A stretch of 64,000 nucleotides of DNA from a virus, in IMG/VR virus record IMGVR_UViG_3300028416_000485; one strand, written 5' to 3'. A program made the translations under genes and the position numbers. Under the pieces are notes generated by a model. It saw only the letters and a list, made by a program, of their open reading frames with translations, was not told the DNA's origin and did not search any database. Positions 1-9,435 of this stretch are shown piece by piece. Positions within the stretch are counted from its first letter, which is position 1. Every line of letters starts with the position of its first letter.

Positions 1-525
1 ACTAGGAAGTTTTCCTAATAACCCACCAAGGAAAGATCCTGCTATACTACTTAATCCGCCTTGAACACCTTGTAAGAAACTATCTGCTATATATTCAACT
101 GCATTAGTAGTTGTATCTTGTATTTCAGTTCTAACTTCTGCTGGATTAGCTGCGTTTGTGCCGCCTGCATACGTATCGACTACTACTTCTTCTCCGGCTG
201 CATTATTTCCAGTGCGTTGTGCAGCAATTTCAGGAGTGTTTCCGGCTGCAAGAATAGCAGGACTAACAAATCCTAAATTTTCAACAAATGCTGCTGAGTT
301 TCCTGCTAGTTTTCCTGCTAATGTTCCAAATACTGCGCCTGCGGCGCCTTGTAGTGCTCCTTCGAGATTGCCCTCGGCTATACCGCCAGCTATACCGCCA
401 ACAAGTGCTACTGTAGGCAAAGGTGCGTTAGCAATTGCCTGATTTATTCCTTGTACTCCTCGAGATATTGATTCCCTAATAATAGGATCAACTAACTGCG
501 AGTTGTTTATTGCAAATGCTACCAT
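1..525 (-). CDS. Gly/Ala-rich hypothetical virion/baseplate-region protein (5' part; runs off window start)
   Basis: Not in ORF track. Manual translation from ATG at 525: MVAFAINNSQLVDPIIRESISRGVQGINQAIANAPLPTVALVGGIAGGIAEGNLEGALQG..., open to base 1. GGAGG RBS and TATAAATA late promoter upstream. Confidence 0.75.
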   Translation of the reverse strand, partial: MVAFAINNSQLVDPIIRESISRGVQGINQAIANAPLPTVALVGGIAGGIAEGNLEGALQGAAGAVFGTLAGKLAGNSAAFVENLGFVSPAILAAGNTPEIAAQRTGNNAAGEEVVVDTYAGGTNAANPAEVRTEIQDTTTNAVEYIADSFLQGVQGGLSSIAGSFLGGLLGKLPS

Positions 526-541
526 AATGCCCTCCTAGTAG

Positions 542-549
542 TATTTATA
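542..549 (-). promoter_or_regulatory. T4-type late promoter TATAAATA
   Basis: Exact T4 gp55 late promoter consensus on minus strand, overlapping the stop of the gp5-like gene, upstream of the 525 start. Confidence 0.7.
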
Positions 550-2044
550 AGTCGTTCATTAGAGTTCGATCTGTATGAACAGGGCGTTCGTCCATATGCA
601 CGTCTTGACTTTCTGTATCAACTGCTTCAGTTTTATCAGGTGCTGTTTCTATTGGGTTCCAGTTTTCGTGTCCATTCCAAGGCTCGTGTTGCGGAACACG
701 TTGCGGAAACTTTGCTTTAACTGCATCTGCGGCTGCTTCTGCTGCTGGCCCATTAAGATTGATATCGCCTCCAGAGATTGTTGTATTTGCTGCTCCGATA
801 GAAAAGTTTCCTCCGGCAGTGTTTTTAAATGCGCCGCCACTTTTGATGTTCATTTCTGCGCCGGCTGAGATATTTCCATTGGCACCAACTTTTATTTCCA
901 TATTTCCAGCAGCACTTTGATGTATACTTCCATTTACAATCATATTAATGTTTCTACCAGCTTCAAAGTTAATATCTCTATCAGCAACAAAGTTAAAATC
1001 TGTTTCAGTGTGAAAACTAATACTATCTTTAGCATAAACATCAAGTTTGCCGTTGCTTGTCATTTCTATCCAAGCGGTTCCTCTGCTATTATTAATATAT
1101 ATTAGATCTTCGCTGGTGTTAATCATTATTTGCGCACCAGTGCGTGTTCTAAAGCGTATCATTTCGTTTGCAGGTCTAGTCACATCGCCGCCGGCTTCAC
1201 TAGATTCTTTGTTTAGGTATTTGTAGGGAGTATCTTCAGGCGAACCTTCTCTTATAAGTTTATCATCGCCGTCATCAATGACAAAGCTACTACTGCCTAA
1301 GCGACTTACATGTACTGTTGCTTGGCTTTCTTTTATACCTATTCTTCCTTGCGGTGAACCTCCACGCTTGTCGACAGGGCCTGGACTACTTAATCCAACC
1401 ACTGCACTTGGAAATTCACGTTGCGCACTACTAGTTGTTATTCCTCTGATATCATCTTCAACTAATCCTTGCTCTTTTAGAGACGCAATAAAATCTTCGT
1501 TGATAGGTCTTTTGTATTTTACAGGATTATTAGTTTGTATTTTTGTTATTTTTTTATTATATTCTCCAGCTGGTAGTTTTTTACCTTTTAGTTCTGTTGG
1601 AACTGGGCCGCTAGTTTGTTCAGTACTAGGTTGTCCACCAGGTAACATAAATGTCATACCTCTTTCAGGTACACATCCAAACCAATACCCAAAATCTCTA
1701 CTTCCTTCAACAAATGTACACAACACCAATGTTCCAGGATCTGGAGGAATAGCCCAAAACCCATAACTTTTTTGTGTGTTTGAATATGTGTCGTTTTTTC
1801 CTAAATGCTGCGCTCCTGTAACTCCATAAAATGGACTTGCATAGTAGACTATTGAAGTTTGTCCTAATGTTTCGCCTGCTGTGCCTGCTTCGCTTATTTT
1901 TAGAAGCTCAACTTCTAATGCTCCAAGATATAAAGGATCAGCATGTTTGATAACTCTAGCCAAATAAGTGCCTGGTGTTGAATCATTTTGACCACTATCA
2001 ACTGATCTTGTTTGTTCTGCTTTTATTGGTCCGTTGTTTTGCAT
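545..2044 (-). CDS. Baseplate central spike, gp5/VgrG-like (OB-fold N-terminus plus beta-helix C-terminus, no lysozyme domain evident)
   Basis: N-terminal ARVIKHADP..G.LEV / YYASPFYG / GFWAIPPDPGTLVLCTFVEG..YWFG pattern; C-terminal short beta-repeats (INFEAGRNINMIV..IHQSAAGNMEIKV..). Confidence 0.75.
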   Translation of the reverse strand: MQNNGPIKAEQTRSVDSGQNDSTPGTYLARVIKHADPLYLGALEVELLKISEAGTAGETLGQTSIVYYASPFYGVTGAQHLGKNDTYSNTQKSYGFWAIPPDPGTLVLCTFVEGSRDFGYWFGCVPERGMTFMLPGGQPSTEQTSGPVPTELKGKKLPAGEYNKKITKIQTNNPVKYKRPINEDFIASLKEQGLVEDDIRGITTSSAQREFPSAVVGLSSPGPVDKRGGSPQGRIGIKESQATVHVSRLGSSSFVIDDGDDKLIREGSPEDTPYKYLNKESSEAGGDVTRPANEMIRFRTRTGAQIMINTSEDLIYINNSRGTAWIEMTSNGKLDVYAKDSISFHTETDFNFVADRDINFEAGRNINMIVNGSIHQSAAGNMEIKVGANGNISAGAEMNIKSGGAFKNTAGGNFSIGAANTTISGGDINLNGPAAEAAADAVKAKFPQRVPQHEPWNGHENWNPIETAPDKTEAVDTESQDVHMDERPVHTDRTLMNDL

Positions 2045-4390
2045 TTAACTATTAAATCCTGTGTTTACTTGACTTGCTCTATTAGCATCTTTTACTTTAT
2101 TTGCTTGATCTGAAGTTCCTGATGTATTTGTATCTTCGGGTTGTCCTCGTCTTCTTAGTAGTGTAAGCTCTTGTGTAAACATATTTCGTTGAATTTTGTT
2201 TTCAATAGCAGTTACTCTATATAATCCATTAAACTGAGATACAGGAACTGTATCTTCTGGATAAATCATTCCTCCAGTATCTGGATTGTAATCTATTGGA
2301 GTTCTAAAGTTTAATATAACATCAACTTCACTACGTTGATAATCAACTTGTCCTCCAGCAGTAGTGTTTAAATCGCCAGCTTCGTCGGTCCAGTTACCCA
2401 TACCACTGTCAACTATAAAATAAGGATCTCCAAATATTTCAAGTTTAACTTCAACTAAGTCAACACTACCGTTTCCTAGTATTTGATCGTGAAATTTACG
2501 TGCCCATCTTATTTTACTATTATCAATACCAGCTCCGCCGCCACCTTGGGTGCTACTAGAGTTTACAAATCCTTGTGTAGCTAACCCAGTTGAGCTATTT
2601 GCTCCCGAAGGTTGAATATTTAATCCTAACTGAGAAGGCTTTGTCTGAGTAAGATTAAACTGTGTTCCTCCAGTTTTTGCATCAATACTTAGTTGTCCAC
2701 TATCGGGTTGTATAAACTGAAAAAATGCTGCTTTGAAGCTTATATCAAACCTAACAATATCAGTATTTTCTCCACTGTAAATGTAATTGTACTCTTTTTT
2801 TGCATTTTGTCTTAGGCTGTTGTAGTCTACACCTGCTGCTCCAGCGTTTTGAAAGTGACTACTATGTACTTTATACTCTACAACTTTGTAATGATTTACT
2901 TTTGCATCTTCTCCAAACACATTTTCTTGTTGTGCATTTGGTTTTAGGTAACTTTCTGCATCTATTCTAAACCACGGAACCATTCCGTTTTCATCAGGCG
3001 CTCTTTCTTTTATAGATTTGCCCCAATCGCTTGTTAATATTACATCTTCAATTATTTTTAGTATCGATGTTCCAGAACCATAGTTGAAAACTCTTTCATC
3101 ATTACTGACAGTATTCTTAGCACGAGTCATAACTTTATTTCTCTTGTCATAAACTTGCCCTGTTTGAGGCATTGGCACTGTTCCGCTTTCTTCTGCTCCT
3201 GAAATAATTCTTGCAGAGCCAAGATTATTTAAACTAGCAGGATCCTGTGCTATTGATGATAACTTTTCTCCGATACTACTTTTTGTTAATACCTGGCCTG
3301 TAATCATACTCAAGAATGCTTCAAAGTTTTGCGGTGCTTGCGCTCCTAAAAATCCACTAATGTTTTCAAAAAGTCCTTGTATGTTTCCTGATTTAAAATT
3401 TGATAATAACCCTCCAAGACTTTTATCAAGTCCGCCTGCTATTCCTCCTAATACATCATTAAAACTATCTTTTAAACTGTTGCCGCCAAGTACTCCGCCT
3501 ACAACGCCTCCTACAACACCAGCTGCTACTGCACCAAATATTTTTCCGCCTTTGCCGCCACCGCCTCCGCCGCCTCCGCCGCTGCGAGACGCAGTAGTAG
3601 CGCCTGCATCGCTTGTATTCGGTATTCTTGAAGGATTACCAGAAGACGCAATATCTTTTGGAAATGTAATAACTATTTCTGATGCTTCTGCTATTTGATT
3701 TGCTTTTCGAAGTTCTTCATAATGTCCATTAATAATAGTTGTTAAACTTTGTTCGCCACTTTGTAGTAGTTTTTCAACAGTATTGCCTGTTAGTGCTATA
3801 TCAACTGGACTTGATGTTGCATCATCAAGATATGCTTGTTCATTCCATGGCAATGCTTCAACTGTATATGTTGTACCACCTTGGTTTACTTCAAACTCTA
3901 TGTTTGTTAGTTTAATAGGAACATCTCTACGAAGATTTAATCCTGATTCTGTAACAATAACATCTCCATCGTCGTCATATCCAATAAACTCCATTGATAA
4001 CATAAATGGAGCGTTAGCATAGTTCTGAAATCCACTCATAGTTGCAGCTATTTGACAAGTTTGTAAGAATAATCCCATACTATATGGTTCTTCAACTGTA
4101 AAAGTTATAAATGTAGCGTTTGTACTACGTGATTTTGAGTTTGGAACACATAATGCTTCGATATTAACATTATCAATAAAATATTCTAGCTTGCCGCCAA
4201 TAATATCTTCGTATTCAGTTGTGACTTTGTTGTCGCCGGCGCCGCCGCCGCTTCTAAGAATAACATTTTGAGGACCGTATGCTCTATAGGTTTCATTAGG
4301 TACAGCAATCTCATCTCTTGTCAAACAAGACATTGTAAATATAGTATTGAAACTAGAAAACTGATGTAGACTGTTTGTTTCTATAGACAT
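2045..4390 (-). CDS. Baseplate hub / tail-associated structural protein
   Basis: 781 aa, sits between gp53-like and gp5-like genes; C-terminal LEIFGDPYF...FNGLYRVTAIENKI..FTQELTL pattern typical of hub (gp27/gpD-like) proteins. Confidence 0.55.
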   Translation of the reverse strand: MSIETNSLHQFSSFNTIFTMSCLTRDEIAVPNETYRAYGPQNVILRSGGGAGDNKVTTEYEDIIGGKLEYFIDNVNIEALCVPNSKSRSTNATFITFTVEEPYSMGLFLQTCQIAATMSGFQNYANAPFMLSMEFIGYDDDGDVIVTESGLNLRRDVPIKLTNIEFEVNQGGTTYTVEALPWNEQAYLDDATSSPVDIALTGNTVEKLLQSGEQSLTTIINGHYEELRKANQIAEASEIVITFPKDIASSGNPSRIPNTSDAGATTASRSGGGGGGGGGKGGKIFGAVAAGVVGGVVGGVLGGNSLKDSFNDVLGGIAGGLDKSLGGLLSNFKSGNIQGLFENISGFLGAQAPQNFEAFLSMITGQVLTKSSIGEKLSSIAQDPASLNNLGSARIISGAEESGTVPMPQTGQVYDKRNKVMTRAKNTVSNDERVFNYGSGTSILKIIEDVILTSDWGKSIKERAPDENGMVPWFRIDAESYLKPNAQQENVFGEDAKVNHYKVVEYKVHSSHFQNAGAAGVDYNSLRQNAKKEYNYIYSGENTDIVRFDISFKAAFFQFIQPDSGQLSIDAKTGGTQFNLTQTKPSQLGLNIQPSGANSSTGLATQGFVNSSSTQGGGGAGIDNSKIRWARKFHDQILGNGSVDLVEVKLEIFGDPYFIVDSGMGNWTDEAGDLNTTAGGQVDYQRSEVDVILNFRTPIDYNPDTGGMIYPEDTVPVSQFNGLYRVTAIENKIQRNMFTQELTLLRRRGQPEDTNTSGTSDQANKVKDANRASQVNTGFNS

Positions 4391-4692
4391 TAGATTCCTA
4401 ACTCTGTTTTTAACTTAGATTTTTTAGGTAAAAATATTTTAGTGCCTGCTTCAAAGTCAAACACAGGATCTTTTATTATATCCATGTTTCTTTGAGCAAA
4501 AACCCACCATAACTTTGGCGTATTATACAAATCGTATGCTAGTAAATCAGGACGATGCGAATATTGAGGTTCAATAGTATAAAGAATATCATCATCTTCT
4601 GCTGGCACGGGTCTAATAGAGAAAATACCTAACTCTCCAGTACTTGTAAGTTTTGTGTTTCCATAAGGACTAGTTTTTCCGTAGTTTGCCAT
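4390..4692 (-). CDS. Baseplate wedge protein, gp53-like (LysM-type)
   Basis: RPDLLAYDLY..PKLWWVFAQRN...DP..DF..G.KIFLP motif characteristic of gp53/LysM baseplate proteins. Confidence 0.75.
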   Translation of the reverse strand: MANYGKTSPYGNTKLTSTGELGIFSIRPVPAEDDDILYTIEPQYSHRPDLLAYDLYNTPKLWWVFAQRNMDIIKDPVFDFEAGTKIFLPKKSKLKTELGI

Positions 4693-5480
4693 TAGATAAA
4701 TCCTTTATTTGCTATATTACCATTAATAAACTGATCCATATTAAAACTTGACACTTTGCTTCTGCTGTATGTTGGTTTTAATGTTAAACTTAATGAACTC
4801 ATTGTCGGAACCATTTGATATGTTGATGAATATTCTCCAAATGATCCTGTGTTTACTTTAATATAATCAATTTCATCAGCTAAATCAAATGTAAACTGTG
4901 TAACCACAGTAGGAACATTATTTAAAACATAATCTCCATATCCACTTAGTTTTACAACAGGCGGAGGAGATCCTTTTTCGCTACTTTCGCCATAAAACAT
5001 CTTAGTTAAACTTCTAAACAGATGAACACAAGCAACCCAATACATTCCGTCTTGTTCAGACTGCACTGGAAATCTTCCAACGATGCTTATATCTTCATGC
5101 CTACTATTAACATACTGAGGAAAAGGATAATTACTATGTGTAGGAGACATTTCATCGTAGTTTGCTACTGTTACAAGACTTATTGTTGGCGTAACTGGAA
5201 AAACAGCATACCAATCTGTTTGTGCTAAAGGAGCTAGTATAGGACTGTATCTATAAGTAGATAATGTAGGAACTTTTATTTTAACTCGCCAATCTGGAAC
5301 TGAATCGTTGGTTGGAGCAAAACGTGCAGTTGTTGCTGAACCTCTATCCGGCTCAGCACCTGGTGGTAATAATCTCGATCGTATTGATTTTCCAACACTC
5401 GATCTGTTTGCAAAGAATGTGTTGTTAATATTTCTAGTACCAACTGTGTTTGGTACTGATTGATTTGGTTTTCTTGCCAT
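4692..5480 (-). CDS. Tail tube initiator / baseplate-tube junction protein (gp48/gp54-like)
   Basis: FPVTPTI, PPPVVKLSGYG..VLNNVPTVVTQFTFD motif of tube-fold baseplate proteins; synteny. Confidence 0.55.
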   Translation of the reverse strand: MARKPNQSVPNTVGTRNINNTFFANRSSVGKSIRSRLLPPGAEPDRGSATTARFAPTNDSVPDWRVKIKVPTLSTYRYSPILAPLAQTDWYAVFPVTPTISLVTVANYDEMSPTHSNYPFPQYVNSRHEDISIVGRFPVQSEQDGMYWVACVHLFRSLTKMFYGESSEKGSPPPVVKLSGYGDYVLNNVPTVVTQFTFDLADEIDYIKVNTGSFGEYSSTYQMVPTMSSLSLTLKPTYSRSKVSSFNMDQFINGNIANKGFI

Positions 5481-5497
5481 TGTAAACTCCTACATAC

Positions 5498-5505
5498 TAT
5501 TTAGT
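5498..5505 (-). promoter_or_regulatory. Late promoter (ACTAAATA) for the baseplate operon
   Basis: TAAATA core upstream of GGAG RBS and the 5480 start. Confidence 0.55.
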
Positions 5506-5533
5506 TGACAAAATAAACTATGTATATTATAAT
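5505..5533 (+). promoter_or_regulatory. Sigma70-type early promoter
   Basis: Perfect TTGACA-17nt-TATAAT upstream of AAGGAG RBS and the gp55-like gene. Confidence 0.85.
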
Positions 5534-5552
5534 ATAATAAAGGAGTCGATAA

Positions 5553-6383
5553 ATGGCTAGAAAAGTAAACTATCTCAACAACAAAGACATGTTATTAGAG
5601 ATACACCGAAGTAAGGCTACGTTTTGTAGTTATATTGCACCCGAACATGCTGATTATGATATTATTTTACCTAGTGTAGATAAAATTAACATTAGAACTA
5701 TTGCAGAAGCAAAGAGAAATAAAGCAAAACTGCAAGGATCTCGTGCATACGAAGCAGCAAAAGCAGCTGGTAAAAAGGTAAAGATGGCAGAGTTTGCTGT
5801 GGACTATAGAAAGATTGAAAAAAACGAACTAATCTTCCGTATTATGACATTTGATCATGTTCCAGACGAACCTGGACGTAAGAAGAATCCTAAAACAGTT
5901 GCAGATCACAAAACTAAACTAAACTTTCCTCCATTTCAACATTATAAGTTTGATGACGAAGACAATATTATTTGTGTAGGTAAAAGTCACTGGGAAGGTG
6001 GAATGGAAAATGGTTATTTCAACAAAGGGCACGGCATGGCAACCAACAAACTTGCTATGATGTGGTTAAAACTTGTTGATCGGTACGCTACAAGAGGCAA
6101 TGTGCGTGGATACACCTATAACGACGAGATGAAAGGTCAAGCAATCCTCCAACTATCGCAGATTGGACTACAGTTTGACGAATCAAAGTCAAATAATCCC
6201 TTTGCATACTACACTGCTGTGGTTACTAACTCGTTTGTACGTGTAATCAACATCGAAAAACGTGCGCAGAACATACGTGATGACATTTTAGAAATGAATG
6301 ACATGAATCCTTCACACACTAGACTGCACAGCGGCGAATGGGAAGCTGCTGTGAAGCGCGAAGAAGGTGCTACCAAAAAATAA
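5553..6383 (+). CDS. gp55: Sigma factor for late transcription, gp55-like
   Basis: N-terminal YLNNKDML.EI and RGNVRGYTYNDEM...QFDESKSNNPFAYYT..VTNSFVRVINIEKR match T4 gp55 motifs; adjacent to gp47/gp46 as in T4. Confidence 0.85.
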   Translation: MARKVNYLNNKDMLLEIHRSKATFCSYIAPEHADYDIILPSVDKINIRTIAEAKRNKAKLQGSRAYEAAKAAGKKVKMAEFAVDYRKIEKNELIFRIMTFDHVPDEPGRKKNPKTVADHKTKLNFPPFQHYKFDDEDNIICVGKSHWEGGMENGYFNKGHGMATNKLAMMWLKLVDRYATRGNVRGYTYNDEMKGQAILQLSQIGLQFDESKSNNPFAYYTAVVTNSFVRVINIEKRAQNIRDDILEMNDMNPSHTRLHSGEWEAAVKREEGATKK

Positions 6384-6386
6384 AGG

Positions 6387-6415
6387 TTGATCTTCTAGAA
6401 ATTTTAGTTTATAAT
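6387..6415 (+). promoter_or_regulatory. Sigma70-type promoter
   Basis: TTGATC-17nt-TATAAT upstream of gp47. Confidence 0.65.
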
Positions 6416-6437
6416 ATACAGGAAATGGAGAATATTC

Positions 6438-7451
6438 TTGTTTAACAAAGCGGCAGTGTTTACTGACATACACTTAGGTATGAAAGGCAACTCTCGAGTT
6501 CACAATCAGGACTGCGAGGACTATATTGACTGGTATATCGAACAAGCTAAGGCTCACGGATGTGAAACTGGCTTGTTTTGTGGCGACTGGCACCATAATA
6601 GAAACAGTCTTAACCTTACAACTATGGATACAACTATTAGACTACTAGAAAAACTAGGTGCTGCCTTTGAAAACTTTTATATGTTTGCTGGTAACCACGA
6701 CTTGTACTACAAAGACAAGCGTGATATCAGTTCAACTGAGTTTGCAAGACACATACCGGGCATTACCGTAATAGATCAAATGATGGTCCAAGACGATGTT
6801 GCACTGGTTCCGTGGTTAGTTGGCGACGAGTGGAAGAAGATCGAAAAGTTAAAAGCAAAATACTTGTTTGGTCACTTCGAACTCCCATCGTTTTATATGA
6901 ACGCTATGGTACAGATGCCAGACCACGGAGAACTAAAAGCTGAACACTTCAAGAATCAAGAGTATGTGTTCAGTGGACACTTCCACAAGCGTCAGAAACA
7001 AGGAAAGGTACATTACATTGGTAATGCTTTTCCACACAACTACGCAGATGCGTGGGACGATGCACGTGGTATGATGATACTGGACAAAGAAAATGATGTA
7101 GAACCATTGTACATCGACTGGACAGAGTGTCCTAAGTACCGTACAGTCAAGCTATCAAAGCTGATCGACGAGAAAGATACTCTTATCAAGCCAAACATGT
7201 ATCTCAGGGTTACACTTGACATTGATATCAGCTACGAAGAAGCAACTTTTATCAAAGAAACCTTTATGGAAACATATAGTTGCAGAGAAATAACACTTAT
7301 TCCAAACAAAAACATCGAAGATATTACAACCGACCTTGACATTGAACAGTTTGAGAGTGTGGATCAGATTGTAAGCAACGAGATACAAGCAATCGACAGT
7401 GAACAGTTTAACAAAAAACTATTATTAGACATATATAACGAGCTAACATGA
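6438..7451 (+). CDS. gp47: Recombination endonuclease subunit, gp47 (Mre11/SbcD-like metallophosphoesterase)
   Basis: DIH, GDW, GNHD, GHF, SGHFH phosphoesterase motifs; TTG start with GGAG RBS. Confidence 0.9.
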   Translation: MFNKAAVFTDIHLGMKGNSRVHNQDCEDYIDWYIEQAKAHGCETGLFCGDWHHNRNSLNLTTMDTTIRLLEKLGAAFENFYMFAGNHDLYYKDKRDISSTEFARHIPGITVIDQMMVQDDVALVPWLVGDEWKKIEKLKAKYLFGHFELPSFYMNAMVQMPDHGELKAEHFKNQEYVFSGHFHKRQKQGKVHYIGNAFPHNYADAWDDARGMMILDKENDVEPLYIDWTECPKYRTVKLSKLIDEKDTLIKPNMYLRVTLDIDISYEEATFIKETFMETYSCREITLIPNKNIEDITTDLDIEQFESVDQIVSNEIQAIDSEQFNKKLLLDIYNELT

Positions 7452-9226
7452 TTAAGATACAAGACTTAACCGTAAAAAACTTTATGAGTGTGGGTAATGT
7501 TACCCAGGCTGTTGACTTTAACAAAGAACAACTAACACTTGTACTAGGAGAGAACTTAGACCAAGGCGGAGATGACACTGGATCACGTAATGGTACAGGT
7601 AAGACTACTATCATTAATGCATTAAGCTATGCATTGTATGGTACAGCTCTTACAAACATCAAACGCAACAACTTGATCAACAAAACTAACAGTAAAGGCA
7701 TGCTAGTCACTCTTAACTTTAGTATAGGTGCTAACCAATACCGTATTGAGCGTGGTAGATCTCCAAATGTACTCAAGTTTTACGTAAACAATCACGAGCA
7801 GAAGGACGATTTACACGACGAATCACAAGGTGATAGCCGTAAAACACAAGAAGATATTAATAGTTTGCTTGATATGACTCACGACATGTTTAAACACGTG
7901 GTTGCACTCAATACTTACACAGAACCTTTCCTAAGTATGCGAGCAAACGATCAACGTGCTATTATTGAGCAGTTGTTGGGCATTACCATACTTACTGAGA
8001 AGGCAGATAACTTAAAAGAAAAAGTAAAACAAACAAAAGATGCCATTACAGAAGAAACATTAAAGATTAATGCCATTGAAGCTGCAAATAAAAAGATTGA
8101 ACAGAGTATTGAAACACTTGCAGGCAGACAACGTGCTTGGCAAAGCAAAAGTAGGCAAGACCAAGGAAAACTAGCAACAGGCATCGAAGAATTAGAAAAA
8201 CTAGACATTGAAGCTGAACTTGATGCGCATGAAAAACTAGCTAACTGGACTGAACACAACAATAAAATAACCTCTTTAAGGAAGGAGTTAAGCACACTCG
8301 AACCTGCACTACGGCGTGCCACTACTAGTGTTGAAAAGGTTAATAAAGACATCTTAGAATTAAAAGATGCAACATGTTATACCTGTGGACAAGAGCTACA
8401 TGCAGACAAAAAAGCCGAGATTGAATCACGAAAAGTGCAAGAACTTGACGATGCAGTTGCATATCAAGGCGAAGTTTCAAGTAAACTGAGCACAACTATG
8501 CAGTTATTAGAAGAAATAGGCGATATCAACGGCAAGCCTACTACTTTTTACGAAAATGCAAAAGAAGCATACGAACATCGTAACAATGTAGACAATTTAC
8601 GCAATACTTTGATAAGTAAACAGCAAGAAGAAGATCCTTATCAAACACAGATTGACGATTTAACAGAAACAGCACTACAAGTTATTGACTGGGAACCAGT
8701 TAATCAACTTACATTACTCAAAGAACACCAAGAGTTTTTGCTAAAACTGTTAACAAACAAAGACTCGTTCATTCGTAAAAAGATTATAGATCAAAACTTA
8801 GCGTACTTGAACAACAGGCTCACATACTATCTTGATAAACTAGGCTTACCACATCAAGTTCAGTTTCAAAATGATTTATCTACTGAGATTACTCAGTTAG
8901 GACAGGATTTAGACTTTGATAACTTGAGCAGAGGCGAACGTAACAGGCTAATACTAGGCATGAGCTGGGCATTTAGAGATGTTTGGGAGTCGTTGTACCA
9001 AGGTATCAACCTATTGTTTATTGACGAGCTCATTGATAGCGGTATGGATACTGCTGGTGTTGAATCAGCACTTGCTGTACTGAAGAAAATGGGCAGAGAA
9101 CGTAGTAAAAATGTTTTTTTAATCTCACACAAAGACGAATTGATAGGTAGAGTTAACCATGTTATGAAAGTTATCAAAGAAAACGGCTTTACTAGTTACG
9201 AAAATGATATTGATATTATAGACTAA
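7448..9226 (+). CDS. gp46: Recombination ATPase subunit, gp46 (Rad50/SbcC-like)
   Basis: Walker A NGTGKTT, coiled coils with CYTCG zinc hook, LSRGE signature, Walker B LLFIDE, ISH. Confidence 0.92.
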   Translation: MIKIQDLTVKNFMSVGNVTQAVDFNKEQLTLVLGENLDQGGDDTGSRNGTGKTTIINALSYALYGTALTNIKRNNLINKTNSKGMLVTLNFSIGANQYRIERGRSPNVLKFYVNNHEQKDDLHDESQGDSRKTQEDINSLLDMTHDMFKHVVALNTYTEPFLSMRANDQRAIIEQLLGITILTEKADNLKEKVKQTKDAITEETLKINAIEAANKKIEQSIETLAGRQRAWQSKSRQDQGKLATGIEELEKLDIEAELDAHEKLANWTEHNNKITSLRKELSTLEPALRRATTSVEKVNKDILELKDATCYTCGQELHADKKAEIESRKVQELDDAVAYQGEVSSKLSTTMQLLEEIGDINGKPTTFYENAKEAYEHRNNVDNLRNTLISKQQEEDPYQTQIDDLTETALQVIDWEPVNQLTLLKEHQEFLLKLLTNKDSFIRKKIIDQNLAYLNNRLTYYLDKLGLPHQVQFQNDLSTEITQLGQDLDFDNLSRGERNRLILGMSWAFRDVWESLYQGINLLFIDELIDSGMDTAGVESALAVLKKMGRERSKNVFLISHKDELIGRVNHVMKVIKENGFTSYENDIDIID

Positions 9227-9435
9227 TGAACGATACTCACGACCAGATAATGCAAGCCGTATTAAGTTACTTGAAGGCTAGTGAAACATTCGAAAGAAGA
9301 CCAAGCGAAAGTACAAAACGTACTGCTCGAAGAGAACTAAGATTGCTGATCGGTTTAGCAAAGCAAAGACAAGACGAAATCATAAACAAATATGAAAGTC
9401 ATATGATTGATTTACGTAGTAGGAGAGATAAATGA
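9226..9435 (+). CDS. Small basic hypothetical protein
   Basis: 69 aa, translationally coupled (TAATG / ATGA overlaps) within the gp47-gp46 operon. Confidence 0.65.
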   Translation: MNDTHDQIMQAVLSYLKASETFERRPSESTKRTARRELRLLIGLAKQRQDEIINKYESHMIDLRSRRDK

